Origin: a virus
Strand: one strand, 5' to 3'
IMG/VR virus record: IMGVR_UViG_3300046616_000188
DNA: 64,000 nucleotides
Shown: piece by piece, positions 27,019-36,427 of the stretch
Layout of the letters: each line of letters begins with the position of its first letter
Numbering within the stretch: the first letter of the stretch is position 1
Notes under the pieces: model-generated
The model's input: the letters and a program-made list of their open reading frames with translations, nothing else
Told to the model about the DNA's origin: nothing
The model's database searches: none
Made by a program: the position numbers and the translations under genes

Positions 27019-27438
27019 TCAGCCACTGACTATCTCCTTCACAACTTTCGACGCCGTTTTGCCGTCATATGTGCCAGCGTAATTATCCTTAAGATACTTC
27101 ATCATGGCACCCATGTTCTTATCTGTACCACTTTGCGTGATAATGTCAAGGATTTCCTGCTCCGTGAGTTGCTTCGGCAGGAAAGATTCGATGATTTCTT
27201 TCTCCTTAAGCGATTTAGCACTATCTGGAACGATGTTCAAAAATTCCACGGTCTTCTTTTCAAAAGACTTTAAAACTTTAACAACGTCTTCCTCTGTCAC
27301 GACCTTCATCCCGTCAACCATCTTAGCGTTAGATTCGATTTCGCCAATGATGGTGGAAAGAAACGCGGCTGTTTCAGTGTCGCGGGCCTTGCGACGGTCC
27401 AAAAATTCGATACGAAGTTTGGTCAATGTCTCGCTCAT
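27019..27438 (-). CDS. GatB/YqeY domain protein
   Basis: RKARD...L..IIGEI...FLPKQLTEQEI...NMGAMMKYLK..Y.G..DGK.AS. Confidence 0.85.
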   Translation of the reverse strand: MSETLTKLRIEFLDRRKARDTETAAFLSTIIGEIESNAKMVDGMKVVTEEDVVKVLKSFEKKTVEFLNIVPDSAKSLKEKEIIESFLPKQLTEQEILDIITQSGTDKNMGAMMKYLKDNYAGTYDGKTASKVVKEIVSG

Positions 27439-27632
27439 GATTCGTCCTTCCTAATTGTGTTTAAGTCTTTTAGATATTCGATAGCTAACCTCATTTTCTT
27501 TTGGTAGTCATAGGTTCTGTCGAAATCTTGATAAATATCCGGCTCAGAACCAGCATCGAAACCGAAAACGGCCCGCCACGTGTCTTCCAAGTCATTGATT
27601 GCGGTTTCTAAAGTCATTTTGTCATTACCCAT
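27435..27632 (-). CDS. Hypothetical protein
   Basis: Start trimmed to MGNDK. Confidence 0.55.
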   Translation of the reverse strand: MGNDKMTLETAINDLEDTWRAVFGFDAGSEPDIYQDFDRTYDYQKKMRLAIEYLKDLNTIRKDES

Positions 27633-27846
27633 AACGTTGCGCCAGCTTCTTAATGATCCAGAACACGCCGGTAAATGGCCCAAGCATGGCACACATAAAA
27701 GCGGGCATTATATAAAACAAGATGATTGCTGGACCTTCGGCGTGATGTGACGGCTCACCAACAAGCCAGAAGAAAATACCCATACCACTGCCACACCAAA
27801 AGACTAGCACAAAACTTAGAAAAATTTGGTACAAAAAATCCATCAT
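27625..27846 (-). CDS. Small two-TM membrane protein
   Basis: ATGA overlap; two hydrophobic helices. Confidence 0.65.
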   Translation of the reverse strand: MMDFLYQIFLSFVLVFWCGSGMGIFFWLVGEPSHHAEGPAIILFYIMPAFMCAMLGPFTGVFWIIKKLAQRYG

Positions 27847-28589
27847 TTCAAATCCTCTCCATTTATGGGCTGGCACGACGCGCTCAGCAGATGTGGGTAG
27901 ATTTCCCAATTCCGCATCAAAAGCTTCAGCCTGAAACCGTATGACGTGGTTCGGCACTGGTTAAGGCCGGGAGGCACCGTAGCGCTTACGTAATCACTAT
28001 AGAACAGACCGTGGCCGTGCATCAAGCTCCACAAGTGATTGAAAGCAGTGCTCTCGACGCGGAAGTATATGCTATCCTCTTCGTCAAGCGGGAGACGTGT
28101 CGCGCCTTGGATCGAATGGACATTATTTTCAGAATCAATTTCCTGAGAATTGTGTAAATAAATAATTTCATCCACTTTAGCCGTGAGGGCGTAACTAGTC
28201 ACTTCACCGACGAACACCAACGAAGGCATTAGCAAGAACCAGAGAAAAACCACTGTGGCGGTTAGGAAAGCCCCGCCCCTCACTTTTGAGAAGCGAAGAT
28301 TCTCAAACTCATCACGTCGGTACACGACAAGGCTCCAAAGGCGTCTGTAACCGCCAAAGAGCTTCCAGAACGGCCATCGCACAACTTTCCATGTCGGAAT
28401 ACCAACATTGACAAAGCTCCACTGTGACGCTGCTATGACCTGAAGAATGAACCTGTGGAACATGGTAACATCTTCAGACATACGCGTGACGCGGGACTCG
28501 GATTTGACTTTGGCCCTGTCACGTTCGATTTTTTCTTGGACCTCGCGGGCCTGTTTAATTTTCTTTAAAAGATCATCTTCCATATCCAT
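27843..28589 (-). CDS. Single-pass membrane protein with DUF1523-like periplasmic domain
   Basis: TM about aa 105-130; C....YG.R....Y..L...C.P tail like ORF 60205; TAATG coupling to the Clp gene. Confidence 0.6.
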   Translation of the reverse strand: MDMEDDLLKKIKQAREVQEKIERDRAKVKSESRVTRMSEDVTMFHRFILQVIAASQWSFVNVGIPTWKVVRWPFWKLFGGYRRLWSLVVYRRDEFENLRFSKVRGGAFLTATVVFLWFLLMPSLVFVGEVTSYALTAKVDEIIYLHNSQEIDSENNVHSIQGATRLPLDEEDSIYFRVESTAFNHLWSLMHGHGLFYSDYVSATVPPGLNQCRTTSYGFRLKLLMRNWEIYPHLLSASCQPINGEDLK

Positions 28590-30580
28590 TACTCCACAAA
28601 AAACTGTTTCAGAGAAGGATTGTATTTAATCTGCACCGTCCCGGTAAATCCGTCTAGGACACGATCAGCTAGGATAGGCTCAAGGTTTGCAGTGATATAA
28701 CCGGGAAGGCCGCGAGCACCCGTTCTAGGATCATAGACCGCAGCGACGAAAGACTTTATTTCTTCCTGAGACATTGTGACATTTAGACCGTTATCGTGAT
28801 ACGCTTCATCTAGCGTGATCATTTCACGAGTCACGATTTTCTCAATTGAGTCAAGGCCTAGGCTCTTGAAGAACACGATGTTTTCACGACCTGCGAAACG
28901 ATTAAGAAATTCTGGACGATACGTAGCTATCAAATCTTCCATCGCGAGAGCTTCAGCCTCTTCGAAGGAAATATCGTTACGAAGGAAATGAGGCTGGCCA
29001 ATATTCGAAGTGAATATTAGAATCGTATCGTTGAAGGAAACTTCACGACCAACGTTATCAGTCAATCGGCTATCGCTTAGGATCGATAGGAAAATATCGT
29101 AGATGGATTCATGGGCCTTTTCGATTTCATCGAACAGGATAACCCTATTCCGATTCTTCAGCATCATATTTGTAAGAATACCACCAGCCTCATACCCTTC
29201 ATAGCCGGGAGGCGCACCACACAGCAAAGCCGTGGCGTGCTTTTCCTTATATTGGGCCATATCGAACCGTGTCAAAGCCTTGTCGCTGCCTAGAAGCTCC
29301 CAAGCCAGACCTTTAGCGATTTCAGTTTTACCTACACCGCTCGGCCCTAGGAACATCATAGCAGCCTGTGGCTGATCCTTCTTTCTCTTAATGACGCGAG
29401 CCGTCTTAACCGCGTTTGCCAAACGCTTCGTAGCATTAGGCTGCCCAAATACTCGACCGTTCAATGCGTCTTCCAAGTTTCTAAGCTTTTCACGCTCGTC
29501 TTGGTTAAGTGTATCGAGTGAAATGCCGCTAATTTTAGAAAATTCAGCTTCAACCAGTTCTTTGGTCAATACCAATCCGGCATTAACCACAGCGGTCGTT
29601 TCGTTAAAAGCCTTGCGATTTTCAGCTACAAGTTCTTTATACTTTTGAATCTTTGATTTGTTTTCAATAACGGTTTGCGGCTCCATAAGTTTGAAGTCGC
29701 TGTTTTCCTTACGCTTTGCCTGTTCTTCCAGAATAACTTCGTTTTGTTCTTCCAGTTCAGCAATGGCAATTTCACCGTCTCTCTGGTTACGGTAAAAATC
29801 CCTAAGCTTGACCGAAACTTCTTCTGGAATTTCTCTGTGCGCCGCGAGACGATAAGACGCAAGGGCACGATCAAGAAGCGTAGCGCTGCGCTCAGGCTGA
29901 GCACGGCTAAGACCCGGATCGTTGACTCGGTATTTATTTGTCAGTTCGATGGCCTTGGCCACCGCGTCATCATCGATCTTAATTCCATGATGAAGCGACA
30001 GGCCTAAAGCACCTTGGGAGACAATGTTTGACAAAACATCGTGTTCCGGCTCAAGGACATGCAGCAACGTGAAGTGTTCTCGTACATCGCTATGCATTTT
30101 CAGCACAAGATCAAGGTCATCGTCACGTGTTTCAAAAATGACTTGGTTCAATCCATTCTTGACCGTTGCCATAAGATCGTTGATGAAATGAGTGCTGCCG
30201 CTGTTGCGGCACGCCTCGATAAAGTCGCGAGTGTCTTCGATCATCAGAACCGAGTCTGGCGTAGCTTCGAGTCGATCAGTGATCTTTTTGAAATTTTTAT
30301 TAAGTTCAGATGTATCACCGTTAGAGAACAGACCATCAACATCGAGCCAAAACAGCTTCTTCGCTACGATATCGAACGGCGCGTCAACTTTCGCCTTGAG
30401 CGCCTGTAGTCCGTGAAGGATGGATGTGACACCAACACCACCGGCCCCTACCAGAATAACGGAATTTGCCTCTTTGCGCATGAGAATCGAGCTTAACCGC
30501 TCAAGATAATCATCGCGACCCACAAGCTTGAAATTGGGATTTGCACTGAGATAGACCGAACCGCGAATCAGATGATCCAA
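28589..30580 (-). CDS. ClpB-like Hsp100 AAA+ ATPase, no N-domain, degenerate first ATPase
   Basis: D2: GPSGVGKT, GYEGY, ILFDEIEKAH, RPEFLNR, GAR; D1: GAGGVGVT and MIED; coiled-coil middle. Confidence 0.85.
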   Translation of the reverse strand: MDHLIRGSVYLSANPNFKLVGRDDYLERLSSILMRKEANSVILVGAGGVGVTSILHGLQALKAKVDAPFDIVAKKLFWLDVDGLFSNGDTSELNKNFKKITDRLEATPDSVLMIEDTRDFIEACRNSGSTHFINDLMATVKNGLNQVIFETRDDDLDLVLKMHSDVREHFTLLHVLEPEHDVLSNIVSQGALGLSLHHGIKIDDDAVAKAIELTNKYRVNDPGLSRAQPERSATLLDRALASYRLAAHREIPEEVSVKLRDFYRNQRDGEIAIAELEEQNEVILEEQAKRKENSDFKLMEPQTVIENKSKIQKYKELVAENRKAFNETTAVVNAGLVLTKELVEAEFSKISGISLDTLNQDEREKLRNLEDALNGRVFGQPNATKRLANAVKTARVIKRKKDQPQAAMMFLGPSGVGKTEIAKGLAWELLGSDKALTRFDMAQYKEKHATALLCGAPPGYEGYEAGGILTNMMLKNRNRVILFDEIEKAHESIYDIFLSILSDSRLTDNVGREVSFNDTILIFTSNIGQPHFLRNDISFEEAEALAMEDLIATYRPEFLNRFAGRENIVFFKSLGLDSIEKIVTREMITLDEAYHDNGLNVTMSQEEIKSFVAAVYDPRTGARGLPGYITANLEPILADRVLDGFTGTVQIKYNPSLKQFFVE

Positions 30581-30603
30581 AACTTTTCTCCTTTGATATG
30601 AAT

Positions 30604-30640
30604 AAGGCGCTATTTAAAGCGCCTTAAGTTACTTTGTCAA
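30604..30640 (-). promoter_or_regulatory. Promoter overlapped by 8-bp hairpin between coiled-coil and Clp genes
   Basis: TTGACA 30640-30635; AAGGCGCT/AGCGCCTT inverted repeat. Confidence 0.5.
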
Positions 30641-30651
30641 GCGTTTTAAGA

Positions 30652-32319
30652 TTAAATCTTGAACGGGTTGTTACCACTCGGCGTCACTACAGGCGTCCCG
30701 GCTTGTTCAGCAGCAGAATTTGCTTCTGAGTAAATCGCGCCTTGAGTTTTAAGATCATCTTGGAGCGAGGTAGCAATTTCCTTGAGTTGATCAAGACCGG
30801 CACGCATTTCAGCGACACTTTCACGTGTCACGTCAGTTGCGGCGCGAGTGACTTCCCCATAAGCTGCAAGGTCTTCCATGGCCTTCTGAATGTCGCTATT
30901 GATTTGCGTAGTTCCGAAAGCCACTCTCATAGACTCCTTCATCGCGATTTCATTCGTTTTATCATTCATCGATAGAATGGTTTCGCGAGCGATTTCACTA
31001 GATTCTCCGATAGCTGCGGCACCTACGGCCTGAAGCATGACGCTTAGACGATCCGCCGTACCAGCCACACCAGCCGTTGCCAGCTTCTGAACCTTATCCA
31101 TTTGGTTCTTATTGCTGTCCTTCATCGTTTTGATACGTGAAGACTGGCTGCTAAGATCGGCGTAAGTCAGTTCGGTATCAGCCGCGCTAGCAGCTAGCAT
31201 TGAGGTATGCTCATCAATGGTGCGAATCACATCGTCACGCTGCATCTTAGCGATCATGGATTCACCTTCGATGGACTTGACAACATCGTTACGCTTAGCG
31301 ACAATTTCGCCTTCAGCTTCTTTCATACCTTCACCAAGAATTGCATAAGCCGTGATCATGGTGTGATTAGCGTCAGTGAGATTGTCGATCTGACCGTTCA
31401 GGCCAGTGAGATGGCCCTTGATATCGTTAATACTGGTCTTAGAGGTTTTAACAAATTCAAGAGCTTTATCGACCGTCTTCTTCTGATTTTCCTTGTGCTG
31501 ATCCGAAGCAAGATCAAGCATCTTTCGGATCGTCTTCTTAGCCTCAACGTATTCCGCCGCACCCTCTTCAGCAGCGGCAGAAGTTGAAGTAAGGGTTTCA
31601 AGTTTTACCTGAAGATCGCTAAGCTCAGCCTTGGCCTTCTCAATTTCCATGTTGTTCACATTGATTTGCTGTTGCGCCTCTTTCTTGATCCCGCCAAAAC
31701 CAAATAGAGACTTTTCTTCCGCGAGGTTGGCATTGTCGTAGTTCAAATTGTCGATGCGAAGCTGTGCCGTCTTGAACGCGGATTCAATTTCTGCTCTCTG
31801 TGCATTCAAAGCCTCTTCGTTGCGCCGGTCGTTGCGAATATCGGAGAAGACATCAGCTGTCTTACCCTCTTTGCGTACCGTATTCATAGCGTCAACGATG
31901 TCTAGAATAGGCTGAAGCGCCTCGTTGAATTCCAGCATCCCGTTGTTCATGCTGGTATAAACTTGCTGGAGCCGAGCCATCGTGTCAGTATCGGTCAAAG
32001 CAATGATTTTGCTCGCCATGTTCTCACGCTGAAGCTGAAGATATTCCTTAATATTTTCAAGCTCTTGGACCCTGATACGGTTCTCTTCCTTGGTACTGAT
32101 AGCTGCCAGTTTCTGAGCAACTTCCTTCTGCTTCTGATCCGGTGTCAAATTTGGATCAAAAATAATTTTGTAAAAAGTGTTTGACGAAATATTGGCGTCA
32201 CGCTTTTCTTCAACTTCTGCCTTCTGAGCCGTGGTGGCCTTAGCCTTGGTGCCAATGATTTCAGACAGTCGGCTCGACGTGGCCTGCTTCAGCTTTGCGC
32301 CATTTTCATAATCACTCAT
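30652..32319 (-). CDS. 555-aa coiled-coil protein
   Basis: Long A/E/K/Q-rich heptads, no TM, one SLFGFGG loop. Confidence 0.75.
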   Translation of the reverse strand: MSDYENGAKLKQATSSRLSEIIGTKAKATTAQKAEVEEKRDANISSNTFYKIIFDPNLTPDQKQKEVAQKLAAISTKEENRIRVQELENIKEYLQLQRENMASKIIALTDTDTMARLQQVYTSMNNGMLEFNEALQPILDIVDAMNTVRKEGKTADVFSDIRNDRRNEEALNAQRAEIESAFKTAQLRIDNLNYDNANLAEEKSLFGFGGIKKEAQQQINVNNMEIEKAKAELSDLQVKLETLTSTSAAAEEGAAEYVEAKKTIRKMLDLASDQHKENQKKTVDKALEFVKTSKTSINDIKGHLTGLNGQIDNLTDANHTMITAYAILGEGMKEAEGEIVAKRNDVVKSIEGESMIAKMQRDDVIRTIDEHTSMLAASAADTELTYADLSSQSSRIKTMKDSNKNQMDKVQKLATAGVAGTADRLSVMLQAVGAAAIGESSEIARETILSMNDKTNEIAMKESMRVAFGTTQINSDIQKAMEDLAAYGEVTRAATDVTRESVAEMRAGLDQLKEIATSLQDDLKTQGAIYSEANSAAEQAGTPVVTPSGNNPFKI

Positions 32320-32632
32320 AAATTTTCTCCTTTTCAGTTACTACATTTCTAGCGGCTCGAACGAGCCGATTCCAATGATCGACTCCTACCGCAATTTGAT
32401 CCTCTTGTGAAGAGCTTTTCACCTTATCGAAAAATTTAACTGCTTTGGCTAATTCATCGATATCGACTTCTATCTTTTTTGCCTCGACGTACTGGAACCA
32501 AAGCTCATTAAGCAACTCACTAATATCATTGAAGTTACATTTTTCGTTGCATTGAAACACTCTTTGTTCCAAGTCCCATTCTTCAACGGACTCCCATTTG
32601 ACAGGGACGCGTTTAGTGTGTATACTTGCCAC
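32312..32632 (-). CDS. Hypothetical protein
   Basis: AAGGAG RBS. Confidence 0.6.
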   Translation of the reverse strand: MASIHTKRVPVKWESVEEWDLEQRVFQCNEKCNFNDISELLNELWFQYVEAKKIEVDIDELAKAVKFFDKVKSSSQEDQIAVGVDHWNRLVRAARNVVTEKEKIYE

Positions 32633-32643
32633 GACACATCTCC

Positions 32644-32961
32644 TTATTCGTCACCAAATTTCCATCTCATATAAGCCATGAGGTAGTTATGAATATTAGC
32701 CCCGCCGACAGGGTTTTGACTATGAATGAACCACTGGAAGTCAACATTGACGATGCCGCCGCGCTCCTGATCAAGATCAACGAGATATTTGGCGCAGTCA
32801 TAGCCGTCCAAACTGTCATCACCTAGATCGTGATCGAAACTGATAAAATTGATATCTTCCGTGGTATAGAGTACCGTATCGACAAATTCACTATAATTTC
32901 TTACAACGACAAAGTCAAGGTAGTTGATCGGAATTCTTTCGTCATCGAGAAAAATGTTCAT
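32644..32961 (-). CDS. Cyclic-phosphate-processing receiver (cREC) family protein
   Basis: IFLDDER, ISFDHDLG, GYDCAK, IHSQNPVG. Confidence 0.8.
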   Translation of the reverse strand: MNIFLDDERIPINYLDFVVVRNYSEFVDTVLYTTEDINFISFDHDLGDDSLDGYDCAKYLVDLDQERGGIVNVDFQWFIHSQNPVGGANIHNYLMAYMRWKFGDE

Positions 32962-33149
32962 CAAAATACCATAAAATAAATGAGCCAAGAGATTAATGAA
33001 ACTATTGTAGCAGCACCGATCCCTAATAGTGCAAATAGACTACCAACGAAAGGATCATCATCGGTCCCGAAATAGATTGCCGTGCCGTAACCGAGAATTG
33101 TTATGAAAGTAGGAATTAGCCAATATCCAAATGTAATTGTAAACGTCAT
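32961..33149 (-). CDS. Small membrane protein
   Basis: Two TM segments. Confidence 0.6.
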   Translation of the reverse strand: MTFTITFGYWLIPTFITILGYGTAIYFGTDDDPFVGSLFALLGIGAATIVSLISWLIYFMVF

Positions 33150-33358
33150 TTCAAATTTTCCCTTTTCAACCACTTCTTAAATTCTTTTTTATAAGATTCA
33201 GGAACAATGGCAACCATCATCCCTCTACCGTCTCTGAACAACTCATCCAACTTATTATTCTGAAAAACTTCGGCATGGCTGATGTTTTCGCCTTTGGTCC
33301 GTTGCAGCGAGACGACATTGTCTTCGTCATCTACGATCCACATGTATTCAACTGTCAC
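33146..33358 (-). CDS. Hypothetical protein
   Basis: Overlapping start/stop. Confidence 0.6.
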   Translation of the reverse strand: MTVEYMWIVDDEDNVVSLQRTKGENISHAEVFQNNKLDELFRDGRGMMVAIVPESYKKEFKKWLKRENLK

Positions 33359-33729
33359 GGTTTTACCTCAATTATGCTGATCAGTCTAAGATAAGGTTCT
33401 TCTTTTTGTTTCTTCTCAAAGACGGCCATGGCGCGAGATTGAGATTCGAAGACAGGGGAATCAAAATACTGCGAATCCAAATTTCCGTCATAGATAAGAT
33501 TGACATAGCCCCTGACGGGGCGTTCCACTTCGACAATCAGCCCACGTTCATAATCTTCATCTCTCAAGTAAGCCGTACCGATGGCGGGAGTCTCATCATG
33601 ATTTTTATAGTGATGGACCGCTACGCCGCCGTTTTCATAGCGGGCCAAACAATGTACCAAATATTTTTCATTTTTGGCATAGGTGTAAGATTTACCCGGT
33701 GAAATCTTTTTTGTCATGAAAAACTCCAT
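33355..33729 (-). CDS. Hypothetical protein
   Basis: Packed ORF. Confidence 0.6.
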   Translation of the reverse strand: MEFFMTKKISPGKSYTYAKNEKYLVHCLARYENGGVAVHHYKNHDETPAIGTAYLRDEDYERGLIVEVERPVRGYVNLIYDGNLDSQYFDSPVFESQSRAMAVFEKKQKEEPYLRLISIIEVKP

Positions 33730-33773
33730 TCATTAACTTAGATATGACCTTCTTAGTTTCGCCGCGCCATTGC

Positions 33774-34349
33774 TCATGTTTGATTTGGTAGACCATTTAC
33801 TCCACCTCCGTTAAGATTTATGGGTCGATCCAGTATAGCTTTTAAGCCTTCAACAGTGACTTTGTCATTACGCTCCCAACCTTCTTCTAGAGCGAGAATG
33901 TATAGGGAAAGTTTAAGATTCTTTGCCAAGATTTCTTCCATTGCAGCAATATCACCGTCTAGAGCGCTTAGCTTTCTGAAGTAATTCTTGCCGGGGATGG
34001 GAGGTGGAATTTTACCACCATTTTCAATTATTTTAGCTTTGAATTTTTCAAAATTTTCGTTGCCTCGGCGCTGGTTACAAGCCCAATGACTGAGGGGAAC
34101 ATTCTCCTTAGCACTAGAACCGCCTTTAGATTTGAGGTGTACATGCTCAAATGTGGCATTACTTTTAGGCGTTTTGCTTTTTTGCTTCCCAACGCTGATC
34201 GTCATAGGTTTGCCACACAAGCAGCACACCCCATCCTGTTGCTTGAACAGCATTACCTTTTTTCTATGCTGTTTCCTTACCCACGCCTCTGGAATGGTAG
34301 GAATGATAGCTTCGTATACGATAAGCTGTTGTTGCTGTTCCGGCGTCAT
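33774..34349 (-). CDS. HNH endonuclease
   Basis: CCLCG...ATFEHVHLKSKGG...N...SHWACNQRRGN. Confidence 0.85.
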   Translation of the reverse strand: MTPEQQQQLIVYEAIIPTIPEAWVRKQHRKKVMLFKQQDGVCCLCGKPMTISVGKQKSKTPKSNATFEHVHLKSKGGSSAKENVPLSHWACNQRRGNENFEKFKAKIIENGGKIPPPIPGKNYFRKLSALDGDIAAMEEILAKNLKLSLYILALEEGWERNDKVTVEGLKAILDRPINLNGGGVNGLPNQT

Positions 34350-34359
34350 GACACTCCTT

Positions 34360-35004
34360 TTATATCTCGTCAGCTTCTGCAAATTTTCTAGTCCTGAGCG
34401 ACTGGCAAACACCTTCAGTGATTTGCCTACCCGTCGCGCCTAGAATCAATCTCTCAGTCAATTTAGCCATATTATCTCTGGACATATAAGGCAAGCTCAA
34501 TTTTTGACAAAGTTCTACTAATTCGGCGCGCCACAACAAATTTAACATAGCTCTGGTGCATGGCGTGTCATAAAGTGACTTAAATTTCCAAGTCTGATCC
34601 ATATATTTATTGGCATTTTTCTTTGGCTCGGGATAGGTCCAAACATTGTTGCGAATCTGAGGGCTGGTGAAAACACTTGATAGGAATTCGGTCGGCTCGT
34701 AGCGCACCCCTGCCCCGTTGGCGTATTCTTTTTCGATAAAGAATTTCCGATCAAGCACGAGAAATGTCTGATGCGAGCACGCATTGAAAGCCTTCCACTG
34801 ATGCTCCAAACGTTTCAGTACGTCCCGTTCGCTCTTAATTTCAAATAGTAAAATTTCAGCTGGTCCAACAACGGCTAGATCGGCGCGCGGGCTTCCGGTC
34901 CCTGCCGTGTTCAACTCGTGAATGATTCGTGATCCGGGTCTAAATTGTCTAACCTTATCAATAACTGTATTTCTAATTTCGCGCTCTACTGAACTGCCTG
35001 CCAT
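34360..35004 (-). CDS. PD-(D/E)XK nuclease-fold protein (sce7726/MmcB-like)
   Basis: IIHEL...RADLAVV...FEIKSERD.L.RL..Q. Confidence 0.75.
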   Translation of the reverse strand: MAGSSVEREIRNTVIDKVRQFRPGSRIIHELNTAGTGSPRADLAVVGPAEILLFEIKSERDVLKRLEHQWKAFNACSHQTFLVLDRKFFIEKEYANGAGVRYEPTEFLSSVFTSPQIRNNVWTYPEPKKNANKYMDQTWKFKSLYDTPCTRAMLNLLWRAELVELCQKLSLPYMSRDNMAKLTERLILGATGRQITEGVCQSLRTRKFAEADEI

Positions 35005-35227
35005 ATCGGGGATAAATCTCGTTTTTGTGTTTCGAATAAATATTCATAATATTGTGTAAAGTGATTGATGCTGTGTCAATGTCACAAATACTTAGCCATG
35101 TGGCTAAGTGACGACCTGTCTCGTAACGAGGCCCTGTAAAATAATCATAATTATCAATTTGGGACGGTAAATCACTTAGTTTGTCGCTGAAGCCGTTTAA
35201 CATTGCTTCATAAACGGAATGTGTCAT
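34973..35227 (-). CDS. Hypothetical protein
   Basis: First gene of the left-going block. Confidence 0.5.
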   Translation of the reverse strand: MTHSVYEAMLNGFSDKLSDLPSQIDNYDYFTGPRYETGRHLATWLSICDIDTASITLHNIMNIYSKHKNEIYPRYGRQFSRARN

Positions 35228-35238
35228 TAAATATCCTA

Positions 35239-35287
35239 TTGACTTATCGAATTTTGGTGGTATAAACGAACCTTCTTAAAAAGTCAA
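35239..35287. promoter_or_regulatory. Bidirectional promoter at strand switch
   Basis: + TTGACT-N16-TATAAA; - TTGACT-N17-TATACC; overlapping -10 boxes. Confidence 0.65.
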
Positions 35288-35318
35288 GCTCCTTTAAATC
35301 ACTTAACACGGAGATAAA

Positions 35319-35519
35319 ATGACCGCTATAACGGCTAGACATAAATTTAAAGAAGTACATGTCGATGGAGAAAGATATATCAGCGATGACATTGAGAGCC
35401 AGATTAAGTGGCTCCAACTCCGAAGCGAAGAGCTTTATATAGAATCGCTTTTTGATACCAAAGCCGCTTTCATTAAATTATATCAGATCATAGGGATGAT
35501 TTCAGTTGAAAATAATTAA
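35319..35519 (+). CDS. Hypothetical protein
   Basis: GGAG RBS. Confidence 0.6.
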   Translation: MTAITARHKFKEVHVDGERYISDDIESQIKWLQLRSEELYIESLFDTKAAFIKLYQIIGMISVENN

Positions 35520-35805
35520 TTACTTTTGTTACGCCATCACTTTGGCGATCCTAGGCGTTCTCGTTTATAACTACGACCTAGTTTTTATCGCCCTGCTGTA
35601 TATTTTCAATCCAAGTTCGTGACATGACAAAATTGCGATTCATGAAATCGAGCCCTCCCGGCTATGTCGAGGTCCGTTGGGGCAGCATTTTGCTTTATTC
35701 TAATAAAGAATCTGAAAAAGCGTTAAATTGGGTCAAGTTGCATTATAAGTTGACAGACACGCAATTGGATGCCATATATTCCGAATTCGAAAAGGAGGGC
35801 TAGCC

Positions 35806-36075
35806 ATGAACGAAGAGCTAACATTGGATCGTTATGAGATTCTAGAAGATTATGCCATTCCTCATCCGACAGGTAAATTAGTCCTGTTTGCCGATGTCGC
35901 TGTCTTGGTCGAACGATTGTGTAAAGTGATTGAGGCACATAATGGTGCCGCTAACAGTCCAGCAAATTCAGTATTCATGAATTCGCCTCCTGAAGTTTGG
36001 GACGCCGTTGTGGACCGTGACTTAGCCATTTCGGCAGAGGTTTGGGCCGAATTCGCCGCAGCCAACGGCCTTTGA
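35806..36075 (+). CDS. Hypothetical protein
   Basis: AGGAGG RBS. Confidence 0.65.
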   Translation: MNEELTLDRYEILEDYAIPHPTGKLVLFADVAVLVERLCKVIEAHNGAANSPANSVFMNSPPEVWDAVVDRDLAISAEVWAEFAAANGL

Positions 36076-36085
36076 GACTTTCGGC

Positions 36086-36427
36086 ATGACTAAAAATTTA
36101 TCAAGATTGGATCGCGCATTCGTAAGAATTTATCGCGAAGAGGCTTTGATTGAGCAAAATAAAAAGTGCTGCTACTGTCATGAGCCATTAACATTTAAAA
36201 GCGTCACGGCTGAGCATAAGAAGCCGCGAAGCAAAAATGGCTCCGACGCTAAGGAAAACATCGCAGGCTCTTGTAGGCCATGCAATGAGGCAAAGGGCAC
36301 CATCTCAGACGCCAAGTTCAAGAAACTTATTAAAAGTTTCCCTTCCGGCATGAGTTACAAAATTATTTTATCTTGGTCCAGACGTAGGATCAATTTGGCG
36401 CTGGAGAGATTTGAAAAGGGATGGTAG
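36086..36427 (+). CDS. HNH endonuclease
   Basis: CCYC...TAEHKKPRSKNG...NIAGSCRPCNEAKG. Confidence 0.85.
   Translation: MTKNLSRLDRAFVRIYREEALIEQNKKCCYCHEPLTFKSVTAEHKKPRSKNGSDAKENIAGSCRPCNEAKGTISDAKFKKLIKSFPSGMSYKIILSWSRRRINLALERFEKGW

Noticed and set aside
32626-32826. 66-aa minus ORF
   Set aside because: Alternate frame nested in the cREC gene.
1814-35200. Plus-strand ORFs in this block (e.g. 17188-17997, 5041-5505, 18823-19338)
   Set aside because: Antisense shadows of densely packed minus-strand genes; no RBS or family motifs.
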